Shown here: one piece after another, positions 49,296 to 61,624 of the stretch
How positions within the stretch are numbered: the first letter of the stretch is position 1
Layout: each line of letters begins with the position of its first letter
DNA from: Podarcis gaigeae
Taxonomy: Eukaryota
NCBI GenBank assembly: GCA_964106915.2
Contig: OZ066919.1
Length of the DNA: 64,000 nucleotides
Reading direction: 5' to 3' (one strand)
Made by a program: the position numbers and the translations under genes
The notes under the pieces: generated by a model
Database searches by the model: none
What the model was told of the DNA's origin: nothing
Seen by the model: only the letters and a program-made list of their open reading frames with translations

Positions 49296-49475
49296 CCGTA
49301 TTTACTCGGATCTAATGCACCATCAAATCTAATGCACACCTCATTTTTCAGAACCTTGAAATCATAAAAAGTACTTGCTGGCAAATGTAAATGAATCATC
49401 TAATCTAATACACACCTTAATTTTCGCAACATAGTTTGGCCAACGAAGTTGAGCATTAGATTCAAGTAAATATGG
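49296..49475. mobile_element. Tc2-like mariner MITE
   Basis: TA|CCGTATTTACTCGGATCTAATGC...GCATTAGATTCAAGTAAATATGG|TA. Confidence 0.75.
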
Positions 49476-50000
49476 TATTTTTACAGTGTGTGCTAGGATA
49501 AAACATTCTAAGATACGCAATCACAAAGCTTGCTTTTGAAATTCGACTCCAATTTAACAAGAGTTGCACATGTAGGCAGATCAGGGAGCTTGCGTGCATT
49601 CTTCTAAACTAGATGCAACATGTTGTCTCGCACATCTTTCTCAAAAAAAATTTATTATCAAAAAGCACCTGTCTGGTGCTTTTAAATGCCTACAGCTGCT
49701 TGGTAGCCACTGAAGAAGCCATCAGCCTTCCCCTGCAGATGTAAGAGGAAAGGGCTTGCTCAGCAGAGCATACATTTTGCATGCAAAATGTCTCAGGTCC
49801 AATTCCTGAAATCTCCAAGTAGGATTGAAGCTCTGAAAAGCCATTGTCAGTCAGTGTAGTGAACTAGATGGACCTATGTTCCTATTAACTCATGGCCTTT
49901 CCTTGCCAGAAGATCTAAGGCCTATACCCTGTGACACTCTAGAAGGGTTTAACAGGGGACAACCATTTATTTAACTGTGCATTTAAGTGGAATGGAGATC

Positions 50001-50056
50001 TTTTGTGTGTGTGTGTGTGTGTGTGTGCGCGCACACACACACACACACACACAAAA
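50001..50056. repeat. Palindromic (GT)11-GCGCGC-(AC)10 microsatellite
   Basis: TTTT(GT)11GCGCGC(AC)10AAAA read directly from the sequence. Confidence 0.95.
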
Positions 50057-50089
50057 TCACTGCTGTCTTCTCTCATCTTCAGTCTTTTG

Positions 50090-50445
50090 TTGGACAACAA
50101 AAGAGGTTTAAAGACACTCTCAATGCAAATCTTTAAAAATGTAGCATAAGCACTAATAACGGGGAAACACTGGTCTGCGAGTTCTCCAGTTGGAGAACAG
50201 CCTTTACCAAAGGTGTCATGAACTTTGAAGAAGCACAAACTCAGGGCAAAACCGAGAAACGAGCTAAGAGGAAGGCAAATTTGGCAAACCCTCACCATGA
50301 TTGCCTCTCACCCGGAAACCTATGTCCCCATTGTGGAAGGATGTGTGGATCCAGAATTTTCCTCCAGTCACTTACAGACTCACTTTAAGACTGTGTTCAT
50401 AGAAGACAATCTTACTCAGCGACAAGGGGTCACCAAAGAAGAAGA
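50090..50445 (+). mobile_element. RTE-clade LINE 3' fragment
   Basis: GQQKRFKDTL... and a CPHCG zinc-finger remnant, ending in a (GAA)n tail. Confidence 0.65.
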
Positions 50446-51579
50446 CATCTTCAGTATTCCTATTTTGCAAGTATAGGGCCTGTTTTGGAGCAGATGCTAC
50501 TTGGCATGCACTAACTGAGCAAAAAAAGAGCTACCAGAGCCAGGGTTAAGCAGTCCACTATTTCTCTACTTACTACAAGGCATCCACTAACTACTTTTCA
50601 TTGTGTTTTAAATAATAGTTACAGGGAATGATGTAAGAAAGTAAGACACAAGATCTCAGGTGTTGCAGGACACAGCAGGAACGTTTTTAAGCTATAAGGC
50701 AGGAAGAACTGTTATGCCTAAAAATAAGTATGATTTTTTTTTTAAAAAGTCATGATTTTGAATACCATAGAATACATGTTAAAAATCACAATTGCCAAGA
50801 TTCTTAGAAGGTTGATGCTGGCACCTAATCTTTCAAGCACCAATTTCATCAGATGATCACCTCCCCAAGATGGCATCCAAGGCACCAAGCTACTGAGTGA
50901 CATCACACTGTGCGCCTGTGGCGTGACTTGTCAGATCTATGAAAAGTAACTAAAAGCAGTTAGTAATCTCCTGGGTTTGAAAGATCTTCAGAATGCAATG
51001 TTTTGCTGTATAAACACAAATACTGTAAAAGCTTATTTAATCCTGTTACGCTTAATTCTTTGGAACATGGTTTGGGTGGAGGCTGTATAGGGTAACTAGA
51101 AAACTACTCCATTGGAAGTAAGGGGCAGGGAAGAGGATGGTCACAAGTCATACCCATCATTTATCTTCTTCTCCTAAGTGAATGAGGGCTGTAAACTGCT
51201 CTACCTACTCCTTATTCTTATTCCCATTCCAAATTTATGTAATTAGCTACATAGTAGAGTTTGTGCAACAGGATCACAAGAGGGGATGGATTTATGGCGC
51301 AACTGGTTTCTCTTACAGAATCAGCTTAATTTCATTCTTGCAGGTGCAACTAGTTGCATCATTTCTGGAAGCAAATTTGACAGCAAAGCATGAATGCTAA
51401 AAGGATAGGCAAGTGTTTAAGAGAGAAGAAGCAGAAGTGACAGAGATTAGCTAAACTTAGCTACAGGCACCCCTAACAGAAGTCTCGATTCCCACATTAA
51501 CTTGCCTTGCCACTTTCACCCTGTACTACAGTTCCTGTGCTTTTTAGTTAAGCCAGAACCTCACCCTTCAGAGACATCC

Positions 51580-52860
51580 GAAGCCTCGCTCAAACCTCGA
51601 GGCGACCTAAAGGCCTCCTTTTGGCCTCTACCACAGCAACCGACCCCAAGGTTTAGCCTTCCGCAAGAACGAGCGCGGAGCCCCTCGAAACTACCCTGCA
51701 GCGCTTACATCCCTCTCGCCGCTGAGCCTTGGCGGCCGCTCCTGGGGAAAATTATTTCCCCTCCTCGTTCCACCCCGAAGGCAGGCGCTGCTGTCTCTGG
51801 GGAAAGGCGGGAGGGAAGCTTCCTTGGCCCACGGCCGGGGGAGCTAAGCAAGCAGCGCTCCTGCCTCTCTTGAGGCCCAGGAGTTACTCCTGTCAAAAGT
51901 TGCCGAGACGCCCTACGCGGCCTCTGTCAGGCGCCGCTAAACAAAAGGAAGGAAGCCGCTTTCCCCGCCGGGTCTGCGAAACCGCAAAGAAAAGGGCTAC
52001 CGGGCGCGGCTCTCTGCCGTCCCGACGCCTGGCAGGCGAAGCGCCGGGGCCCGAGCAAACAGGGCGTGGCTGGCTGGCAGGCAACGGAGGAAGGCAGAAG
52101 CGCGTGAAGCCGGACACCGGTCCCCGGCCCCTTCGGGACTCGGGAGATGCCCCCCTCAGCGCCCTCCCTCAGCCTCCGTCGGAGAGCGGCCCGACGACTC
52201 ACCCGCCTGAGGACGAGGAGAGAACCGGCGCGTCCCTGAGAGCTGCTTGCACGGCTACTATTTCCTCCTCTGAAGACCCGCTTCGAAGTCACCCCAGAGT
52301 TAAAGGGGGCCGCCCCGAGCGCTCCGCTGCCGGTGATTGGCAGAGCGGCGCTGACTACAAGCTACCTCACTGAGGAGGAGCCAGTCGTCTTGCTCGCCCC
52401 GTAGGAAGGCGCGCTCGCCGGGTGGAGAGGCCGCCAAGCTGGAGGGCGGAGGTGGTTGGTGGGGGGGGGGGGGGACGGAGAGGACTTTGAGGCCTCCCTC
52501 TCGCCCTCGGATTTGGCTGCAGGCGCTCCCCGAGGGCCAGAGCGTGCTTAGTGCATTTGTTGCAGAACTACTGAGCGCTGCCGGCAGGGCTGCTCCTACT
52601 GCACCCGCTGCACCCGCTTCAAGGTCCTGGCGTCCGGTCTTGAAGACCTCTGCCGCTCCGTCCTATGCATGTTTACTCGCTTCCTGGGGGCGAGAGCTAC
52701 GCTAGGTGTGACGCACGCTACTAACTCAAGTGACTCTTTTTTTTGGTTTGGTTTTTTAAAAATAAATATCAGGAAGGAAACGGAGGACTCTTAGAGCAGG
52801 GCAGCAAAAGAGGAGCGATTACCCCCGCCCCGCCCGGCCACCAGGCCGTGGTCTTCTCCC
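51580..52860 (-). promoter_or_regulatory. ELOVL1: ELOVL1 CpG-island promoter and probable non-coding exon 1 (~52203-52290)
   Basis: CpG-dense. Minus-strand donor GTGAGT (ACTCAC 52197-52202), minus-strand CCAAT (GATTGG 52335-52340), GC box ~52444, G-run ~52461-52474. The first coding exon has an acceptor just upstream of its ATG (~36617-36622), so an upstream exon is required. Confidence 0.75.
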
Positions 52861-54401
52861 GGTAGAGAAGCTTTCTTTGGCAACATTTACTCCCACTAAA
52901 ATGAGAGGCCCCAGCTATTTCCAGCTTCTGAGGCTCCTAAGCCTTCATAAAAAAATAAAACATGAGGAAAACAAAAGAAGGCAACCCCCCCCCCCCAAGA
53001 AGGGACACGATTTGATTTATTATTATTATTAATCAGTAACACTTTTCTAGATGAGGAGATGTTTTGTGGCACATCATACCAAAACGTGATACAAGTTATG
53101 AATTTTTTTAAAATGCCTAAAAATCATCAAGGGTCTAAATCTGAGGAGCCCTGTTGAGCTCAAAGTCCGTAGGACCCTCTCTGATCAGCCATGATCTGGA
53201 TGGAGCTTGCTAACAACTCCTGGGAATTATTTTTTTTAAGGAACATTTTCATCATTATTTTAACTATTAAAGTTTTTTATCCCACCTTTTCATCTCTAAA
53301 GAATGTCCAGGGCAGTCAACATTCATACTTTAAGAATAAGTTTGATGAATCAACCAAGTGAAAAACAGTAGCACTGCCCCAAATATAGTTGTTTAGTCCT
53401 GTCTGACTCTTCATGACCCCATGGAGTAGAGCATGCCAGGCACTCCTGTCTTCGCCCCAAATATACCAAGGCACAAACCATTTATTGGCAAAGTGAAAAA
53501 CCCGCAAGCAGGTTGGCCAAATGTGAGCTAAAGACCAAAAACAATCATGCAGCAGAGTGAAAAATAATCAGCTGATTAGGTCAAAGTCCTGCCAGAATAA
53601 CAATGTATACTAGTGAAAAGCCATTAGAGGGGTTTAAATGGGCCTCCAGGAAGACAACCCTTAGCACATTCCTAAGAAATTTACCTAAGATGGTGGGATG
53701 CAGAGAAGATCTTAATATATGGGCAGGTTTATATTGGAGAAGATGGTTCTCCAAGTAACCTGGTCCTAAGCCACTTAGGACTTTAAAGGTAATTAGTACT
53801 TTGAACTGTTCCGAAAACAAATATTTTGTATTTTTATGTGGTGAACTGCCCTGTGATCTTTGAAGGAAGGGCAGTTTCCAAATTTAATAAAATGAATGAA
53901 TAAATAAATAAATAAATAAAAGAGATCCCACACATGGGTTCCCTTTTGAATGTTAAAGTTGAAACATCATTTATGCATCACGTTGTCAGCATTTGCTGCA
54001 CCAAAAGCCACACTAAGTGGGGCACTTGGCTGATCATTCTCACCCTGTAAGGTAAACAATGCATAGTTATGGTTATAAATTTTGAAGATTGAACTCATCT
54101 TCCAACTTATATGATGAAAATATTGACTATCCTCCACTACCACCCCATATTAACCATAAGCAAGTAGGCATAAAGCAGATCTAACAATAAAGATACATTG
54201 TCCTGCTAAATGGTGAAGATAACCGTACCATACTTCTGAAACTGATAAGATATCGAACAAGTGATTGATAAAACTCACTACTTGGCAGGACAGTACAAAC
54301 AACCAGTGATAACGTCCACACTGGTACTACTTGGTAAATGATTATTTATATTCACTCACTATTTATTCTGAAGGCAATCTCAACGAAACACCATGTGAGT
54401 A

Positions 54402-54512
54402 TACAAAGTTGTAAGTGGGACAGGGGGAGGAGAGGGGGAGAGGGGTTAAATATGCTCCCTGTTCCCGTTTTTGAAAATGCAAATAATAATAAACACATTT
54501 TAAAAAGTAAAT
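54402..54512 (+). mobile_element. Very short retroposed insertion (L1-like 3' end)
   Basis: Perfect 16-bp TSD AAACACCATGTGAGTA (54386-54401, 54513-54528); G-rich tract, AATAAA and A-rich tail inside. Confidence 0.75.
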
Positions 54513-56183
54513 AAACACCATGTGAGTAAGCTGCCGGTCTCTATCATAAATTAAGGGAACAACATAATTGACTCCTACACTCGGACACAGTCCCAGGGTT
54601 TGGGTTGCCCAAGAGCAGTATTAAACTAACCAGCTTTCACACTGACACAATTCAGGATGCTATCTCCTCTGTCACGTATATTCTGACATTATGGACAATA
54701 ACTGAAAACTAAAAACATATTCTCATTTATCACTGTCACCAACCTTTTTTGGATCTGGGGGCACACATGGAATTTGAAAAAAATGCCAACAATGCCAGTC
54801 ACAAAATGGCTGCTGCCAGGGGGTGTTGCCTAACACAAAATGGCTGCCACCTCCGAAAGAATAGAAAAAGAAAAGCTTCAGGAACATAAAATGGTTCAAA
54901 TAAAGAAAATCTATTCAATTGTGTTGTTGCTTACAATAAAAGTTTGAAAAAAGTATTGGTTATTATGTTGTCTATTGCTGGTGTGCTGCTATAGATTACA
55001 ACTAAAAATAAAATATAACTGAATCTAGAAATAATTTTGAATTACTATAGATAGCCCATGGTCACTAATAAACAGACATAATTTCTGGTGGCTGGAAAGT
55101 TTCTTGGTTTGGTTTTTTTGTTTGTTTGCTTTGCTCTTTTTATGGAATAGAAAAGAACATAACTACAAGAAAAAACACAAACATTTTTTTTTAAAAACTC
55201 ACCAGAGTAGTAATTCATCAATATTAGCCCAGACTAGTGTGATGTCTCTGCCTTTGCACTATGGTCTCCCTGCCCCAAACAAATTGGGAGCAATCCCTGC
55301 TGTGGTCCAGGCAGGAGGAATAGGTGATAATAAAGAGGACACCTCTGAAATGGAACCTCCCCAATAAACAAATTGGACCAGCAAAGAAAAGGTGATAATA
55401 ATGATAATGGGTTGCATTTAGCTAACTTTCACCCTGAGTGGACTCACTTTAGTTAATGGCCATGGCTGAGATGGATTTCCATGCTTCCCCTACGCACTTT
55501 CCCCCCAAAAAACTTCTTAAGTAGCTGTTTAAAAGAGTACCTGAACATTTTGTTTCATAATACACCCTCCCGCCATCCAGAAAATCTAAGTAATTACCAG
55601 CTAGCTGCCATGTTCCCCTTCTTGGGCAAGGCCATGTGTGGGTGGTTACAGACCAGATCCAGGTGCTCTTGGAAGAAACTAATGTTCTTGACCTTGACCT
55701 CACTTGATCTTCAACTGAGGGTTTAGCCTGGTTTTGGTATAGAAACTGCTTTGGTCACACAGTATGATGAGTTCTGTTGGGAGATAGGGAAAATGTGTCC
55801 CTGTTAATTCTCATTGACCTCTCTCCTCAGTGCAAAAATTAGGAACATTGCCAAACATTTCTTCAAGATCTTTGCCTGGGGCAGGCAGAATTTTCACTCC
55901 TGCACCACAGTTCCACAAGAAGCAGGAATAATCTATATATAGGGTTACCTATTTAAGTTGATGGTCACTCAAAATGGTTTGATCAAAATTGCTTCTACAC
56001 ATTGTGAAGCAAAATAATTATTTTATCAGCTTTCTCTAAAATTAAAAAGTGGAGCAAGCTCACATTATCTTGGCTTGGCTGTATTGCCAGAGTTAAAGTG
56101 ATGCTACTGCTATGCCTCCTTGAAATTATCATAAAAATGATAGAGCAATAGCCAACAATGATACTTATTCATTTATTCATCTA

Positions 56184-56847
56184 CCGTATTATTCGCCCCA
56201 TAGGAGGCACCGGCCCATAGGACGCACCAAGGCGCTTGTGGGGCCGGCAGCGGGGAGAAGCGCTCTTCACCCCGCCGCCCGCCTGCAGACCAGGTCCGGG
56301 GACAGCGGGAAGACGTGCTGCGCCTCCCAGCTGTCCCCGGAGCTTGCGGGGCAGGCAGCGGGGAGAAGCGCTCTTCACCCCGCCGCCCACCTGCAGACTA
56401 GGTCCGGGGACAGCGGGAAGACGCGCTGCGCCTCCCAGCTGTCCCCGGAGCTTGCGAGGCTGGCAGCGGGGAGAAGCGCTCTTCTCCCCGCCGCCCGCCT
56501 GCAGATCAGGTCCGGGGACAGCGGGAGGACGCGCTGCGCCTCCCAGCTGTCCCCGGAGCTTGCGAGGCTGGCAGCGGGGAGAAGCACGCGTCTCCCCGCC
56601 GTCAGCCTCCAAACCACATAGGGAGACAGCGGGATGGCGGCGTTCCGCCTCCCCGCTGTCCCCCGACCTTGTGGGGCTGGCGCTGCGGCTCTCCTGAAGC
56701 CTGGAGAGCGAGAGGGGTCGGTACGCACCGACCCCTCTCACTCTCCAGGCTTCAGCGAAAGCCTGCATTCGCCCCATAGGACGCACACACATTTCCCCTT
56801 CATTTTTGGAGGGGAAAAAGTGCGTCCTATAGGGCGAAAAATACGGG
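56184..56847. mobile_element. Tc2-like non-autonomous DNA transposon with an internal minisatellite
   Basis: TA|CCGTATTATTCGCCCCATAGGAGGCAC...GTGCGTCCTATAGGGCGAAAAATACGG(G)|TA, with subterminal CCCATAGGACGCAC repeats. Confidence 0.85.
56246..56600. repeat. 108-bp GC-rich tandem repeat, ~3.3 copies
   Basis: Units start at 56246, 56354, 56462 and 56570 (GGCAGCGGGGAGAAGC...). Confidence 0.93.
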
Positions 56848-58361
56848 TAAATAGGAAGCGTCAGCTACCTTGCCACCCATTGTACAGGCCCACAGCACAG
56901 GGAGGTGTGACAGTAACCATTTTGAAATGATATTGTGATGTGGCCAATCTATACCACGCACATACCCCCCCTTCTGTTTAATTCTTTAAAAAGTGTTCTG
57001 GATAACAATGGAACGTTAAATGGGCAGGGAATAGCTGAGGCTAACCATTCCAAAAATTATCTATACTATCTCTAGACAATTTCTCAAATCCCTTTCGGAG
57101 CTCAAGGTCTGGAAAGAATGGGCAAACAAATTCACTCCTTTAATGTCACCCAAGGTGACCCATTCTTGATCTTTCAGCATGGAATTACTATGTGCTAACA
57201 CTCCTGGAGCATTAGTACAAAACCAAATAGCTCTTGACAAGCTCCAACTTGAAATTCATCATAAAGAACTCCTGAGGTCTCCTTGGCAACTTTATGAGAT
57301 GCAATGAAGGCCTATATGAGAAGTAATAAAGGCTTTTGACAGCTAAACAGGTGCTCCTAGGGTGAATGTGGACTTCCCTCTGGGTCTGCTGCCACCTTCA
57401 GTCTTGAGGCCTGGGGGACAAAGGAGAAGAACTGGAGGTCAAAGCAGGGCTCAGAATGTGTCTGGAGGGGTCACAGGGGGGCTTCACTTTGCATTTGCCA
57501 CCACTGATGCACACACTTACAAGAAGATCCAGCAGGAATAAGTTGGGTTAGAGCTCTAGTCCATGTGCACACTTGCCGTGACAGTGAACAATTCAGTATT
57601 ATCCATCTCTCTGAGGCAGGTGTGATTTCTGTAGTGTTCCAGCGTAGAAAGAGACTTGAAGCATTTCTCAAATTTTACAAGTCATGGACTATCATATGTT
57701 ACAACGTTCTTTACAGCTGACTTGTGACAGGGGCGGACTTTGGTAATATGGTGCCCTGAGCAAGGAAGCCCGCCCCACCCCACCAAATATTTTTTAATTT
57801 CACAGTAACTGTATAATGGTACAGTTGCTTTTTTATAGATCTTCTCAGTATTACTATTTTGCTCTCCCTTAGCTAGGCGCCCTGTGCGTAGGAACTGCCC
57901 ACGCCACCCTAAATCTGGTGCTGTTTGTGATACTGCCTTTGAGAAAAGTAAAAGTAGGAATGTCTGAGCACTGCCTTCTGGGGCAAATCATGAAGAGAAA
58001 GGGGTTTGTATTTTTTGCTGCTCTTAGACCTGGAACTGAGAAGGCTCCTGATTTGGAGGGTAGCTTGGAAGTACAGAGGAAGCATTGTCCTAGCAGTGAT
58101 TTTTCTGGTTACACAATACACTGGCTGTTTCTTTGTGAAATCAAGCTTTGCCCTCATTTTCTGCTCTCACACAGAGTTGCCTGTAGCTCTGTCAGTGGCT
58201 GGGGGTGCTTAGGAAGTGACTGCTATTGTTTATTGCTATGGCATTATTGTGAAGTATGGCATCACCACTCTGATGGACACAAGTCCAAAAAGCAAACAAG
58301 ATAGTTAGTGCTTGGCCTGTGGGAACTGTGATAGCAATAGCAGAGCCAGCTGCCAAATATG

Positions 58362-58579
58362 TAGTCGTACCTTGGTTTTCCAACGCCTTGTGCTTCAAAC
58401 GTTTTGGCTCCCAAATGCTGTGTTCCGGTTTGCAAACTTTTTTTGGAAGCCAAATGTCCAACGTGGCTTAGGCGGCTTCTGATTGAGTGTAGGAAGCCAA
58501 TTGGAAGCCACACCTTGGTTTTCAAACGTTTTCGGAAGTCGAACAGAATGGATTCCGTTTAAGAACCAAGGTACGACTG
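58362..58579. mobile_element. pogo/Tigger-like MITE, family C
   Basis: AGTCGTACCTTGGTT...AACCAAGGTACGACTG|TA inverted termini. Confidence 0.8.
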
Positions 58580-59819
58580 TATTAGCATTTATATACCTAC
58601 CAATTAAGTATTCAATGTGCTTCATATAGGGTATCCTGATGATCTTTGTAGTAATTATGTAATAAGGTTAGTACTCCTGTCCTCTTATTGCAACAATCCT
58701 GAAATATACACCAGTACTGCTATTCTCATATTTCAACTGGGAGCCTGAGAGAAAATGATTTAGTTAGTTTGGGGCTGTGTTGAGATTTATGAGTCGCATA
58801 CCTCCTAAAGGAGGGGTGGGGAACCTGTGGTCCTCCAGATGTTGTGGACTAAAACACCCATCATTCCTGACCGCTGGCTATGCAGGTGAGACAGTTCAGC
58901 TACAGTCTAATAACATCTTGAGAGTGGCAGGTTCCCCATTTCTCCCCTGAAAGATCACGCCTGTGTCTTGGGGGTATTCTTCGACCGGACTGTGCACAGA
59001 TGCACAGGTGATATCTGTGGCCAGGAATGCTTTCCTCAGACTTGCCCTTCTATGCAAGCTGCAACCTCTGGAAACAAGAACCTGGAGTCTGTGACCCAAG
59101 TACTGGTGAACTCAATGTTGGCCTACCACGATGTGTCCCACATAGGGCTTTATTTGAAGAGTATTCAGAAACTGCAATTGGTCTAGGGTGCATCACTGAG
59201 GCTGCTGGCTGGCACTTGGCTACGAGACGATATAACATTTGTTCTCTAGGAACTATGCTGGTTACTAGTTAGTCGCAAAGTGTTCTTTAATTTGTGATTT
59301 GACTGAATTCTTGTATAGATTTATGTTAATTGTGTGGGTGACTTTTGGAATAGGCTATAAATGAGAAGAAAATAAAAATGAAAGGAAAGCTGGAAACATC
59401 CCACCCAATAGCCCCCATTCAACCATTACATTATACCAGTTATTTCATGCAGCTTTAGAAACATGCAGATCAAGCCAAGGTAAGAAATTTATTCTGTGTG
59501 AAAACAATGAGGGGGCAAAGGTACCACCCAAAACATGTTTGTTAAAGTAACTATGTCACACGCCGTAGAACCAGTTGTGAAACCACAAAAATGTATGTGA
59601 TGTCTTGCTCAATACAAGAGGGCAATGCTTCAAATTACGGAGGCAGCATTATGCAGGATTACTTCCTTTGTAGTAATTTTGAAATAAAGATGTGGCAAAA
59701 CATTGACCTGGAACTAGCAGCTAAGGCATACCTAAATCCTAAAGCTCCAGAAAGGACGATGCTCAGGTCAAGGCACCAAGAGAACAGAAGCTGGGCCTTG
59801 CTGTTTCCTTTCAACAATA

Positions 59820-60177
59820 AAAGGTAAAGGTACCCCTGCCCGTACGGGCCAGTCTTGACAGACTCTGGGGTTGTGCGCCCATCTCACTCAAGAGGCCAGG
59901 GGCCAGCGCTGTCCGGAGACACTTCCGGGTCACGTGGCCAGCGTGACATCGCTGCTCTGGCGAGCCAGAGCCGCACACGGAAACGCCGTTTACCTTCCCG
60001 CTGGTAAGCGGTCCCTATTTATCTACTTGCACCCAGGGGTGCTTTTGAACTGCTAGGTTGGCAGGCGCTGGGACCAAGCAGCGGGAGCGCACCCCGCCGC
60101 AGGGATTCGAACCGCCGACCTTTCGATCGGCAAGTCCTAGGTGCTGAGGCTTTAACCCACAGCGCCACCTGCGTCCC
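59820..60177 (-). mobile_element. Sauria SINE, young full-length copy
   Basis: (ACCTTT)-type tail, intact A/B boxes, CpG retained, perfect 14-bp TSD TCCTTTCAACAATA at 59806-59819 and 60179-60192. Confidence 0.93.
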
Positions 60178-60479
60178 ATCCTTTCAACAATACCATTCAG
60201 TAAAAGCTGCAATGCCTGTAATAATGGAAGAACTAAGAAAGTATGGTAAAGTGGCCAGATTCAAAACCAATGAATCCAAATCAGAAATAATGTATATGGG
60301 TATTTCTCACTCTGATCAATCAATCAATCAATCACTCAAAACAGACCAGTTGTAAAATCTGCCACAAGGCAGATAGAGTGCCCATAACTAAAAATCTGTC
60401 AGCAAAGGAAGTAAACTTCACACATTTACTTTAACAGGTACAATGGGGTCATAGATCTTGGAAATACCTGTATTTATCA

Positions 60480-60648
60480 CAGTGGCATAGTGTGGGTTGT
60501 CAGCACACGGGGCAAGGCAAGTAATTTGCACCCCCTAACCCGTGGATTTGCGCCCCCTAACCCGTGGATATGCGCCCCTTAACCCTAACCCCCAGATGTT
60601 GCGCCCGGTGTGGCCGCCCCCCCCTGCACCCCCCACGCTACGCCACTG
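60480..60648. mobile_element. hAT MITE
   Basis: CAGTGGCATAG...CTACGCCACTG with perfect 8-bp TSD ATTTATCA on both sides. Confidence 0.9.
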
Positions 60649-61252
60649 ATTTATCATGTTCAGGTCACATAGCTGCTGTAAAGATTGCTATCTATCCTTC
60701 CAAAATTGTTGTTTATATTTCAAGTGCTGCCAATTATCATTACAACCAAATAATTCAAAATTTGGCAGTGCTTAATAATCAAGGTCATACACAAAGGGAG
60801 GGGAGCATGACTAGGCTACAGAATTATATCTGGAAGTGTTCCAACTGGTGGGGTTGGAATCCTATACCTGCAAACTTATTACAATGCCTTTCAACTAAAG
60901 GATTTGATGTCATTGATCCACAGATAATATGGTAAACAATGGGTGGATATAGAAATTTTGGATCCAGTATGTAAAGCATGTCTTTTTCTACCCTCTTCAC
61001 TTGCTAAAACCCATACCATTGCAAATCCTTTCCTATACACTGCACTGGATATTTAGAAAACAAAGTTTTTAAAAATGGCTGCTCTGATATCTCTTTGCTA
61101 CTATCCATCTTTTAATGAAGCAAGGAAATGCTTAGATTGGAATGGCTGGAAACAGACAGGCTTTTAAAGACTTTTATGCAAATGGTATTCCTCTACGAAA
61201 AGAACAATCCATATGGGACATACCAAATCTTAAATGGTCGTGGTACCATTTC

Positions 61253-61498
61253 AATCAGGCAGAGGGCCTTCTCAGTGGTGGCGCCCGCCCTGTGGAATGC
61301 CCTCCCATGAGATGTCAAGGAAATAAACAACTACCGTACCTGTCTTTTAGAAGACATCTGAAGGCAGCCCTGTTTAGGGAAGTTTTTAATGTTTGATTCT
61401 ATTTTTAATATTCTGTTGGAAGCCACCCAGAGTGGCTGGGGAAACCCAGACAGATGGGCAGGATATAAGTAATGATGATGATAATGATGATGATGATG
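61253..61498 (+). mobile_element. L2-type LINE 3' fragment with (GAT)n tail
   Basis: Close match to 63475-63690. Confidence 0.88.
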
Positions 61499-61624
61499 TT
61501 AAGTTTCTTGTTAAACCCAGATACTTCCACTCAGGCAAGCACACGTTTTGCTAACCTCTTTCCATTCTCTAAGGGCATACCTTCCTTGATTTTTAAAGCT
61601 GTAATAAACCTAGAATATGGCAAT

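Noticed and set aside
52288-52297. Sterol regulatory element GTCACCCCAG in the ELOVL1 promoter
   Set aside because: 8/10 match in GC-rich DNA, not distinguishable from chance without conservation data.
51502-52705. 214-aa and neighbouring ORFs
   Set aside because: Same artefact in the ELOVL1 CpG island.
56246-56600. CRISPR-like array of palindromic repeats
   Set aside because: There are no unique spacers (whole units repeat), the DNA is vertebrate, and no cas genes are present.
56181-56930. Repeat-protein ORFs with a 36-aa period
   Set aside because: Open in several frames on both strands because the GC-rich unit length is a multiple of 3; they lie inside a MITE.
60095-60177. tRNA gene
   Set aside because: The A/B boxes are the head of a Sauria SINE continuous with its body and TSD; the same holds for the other SINE heads.
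60530-60595. Interstitial telomeric repeat (CCCTAA)
   Set aside because: Only three or four scattered hexamers within subterminal repeats of a hAT MITE.
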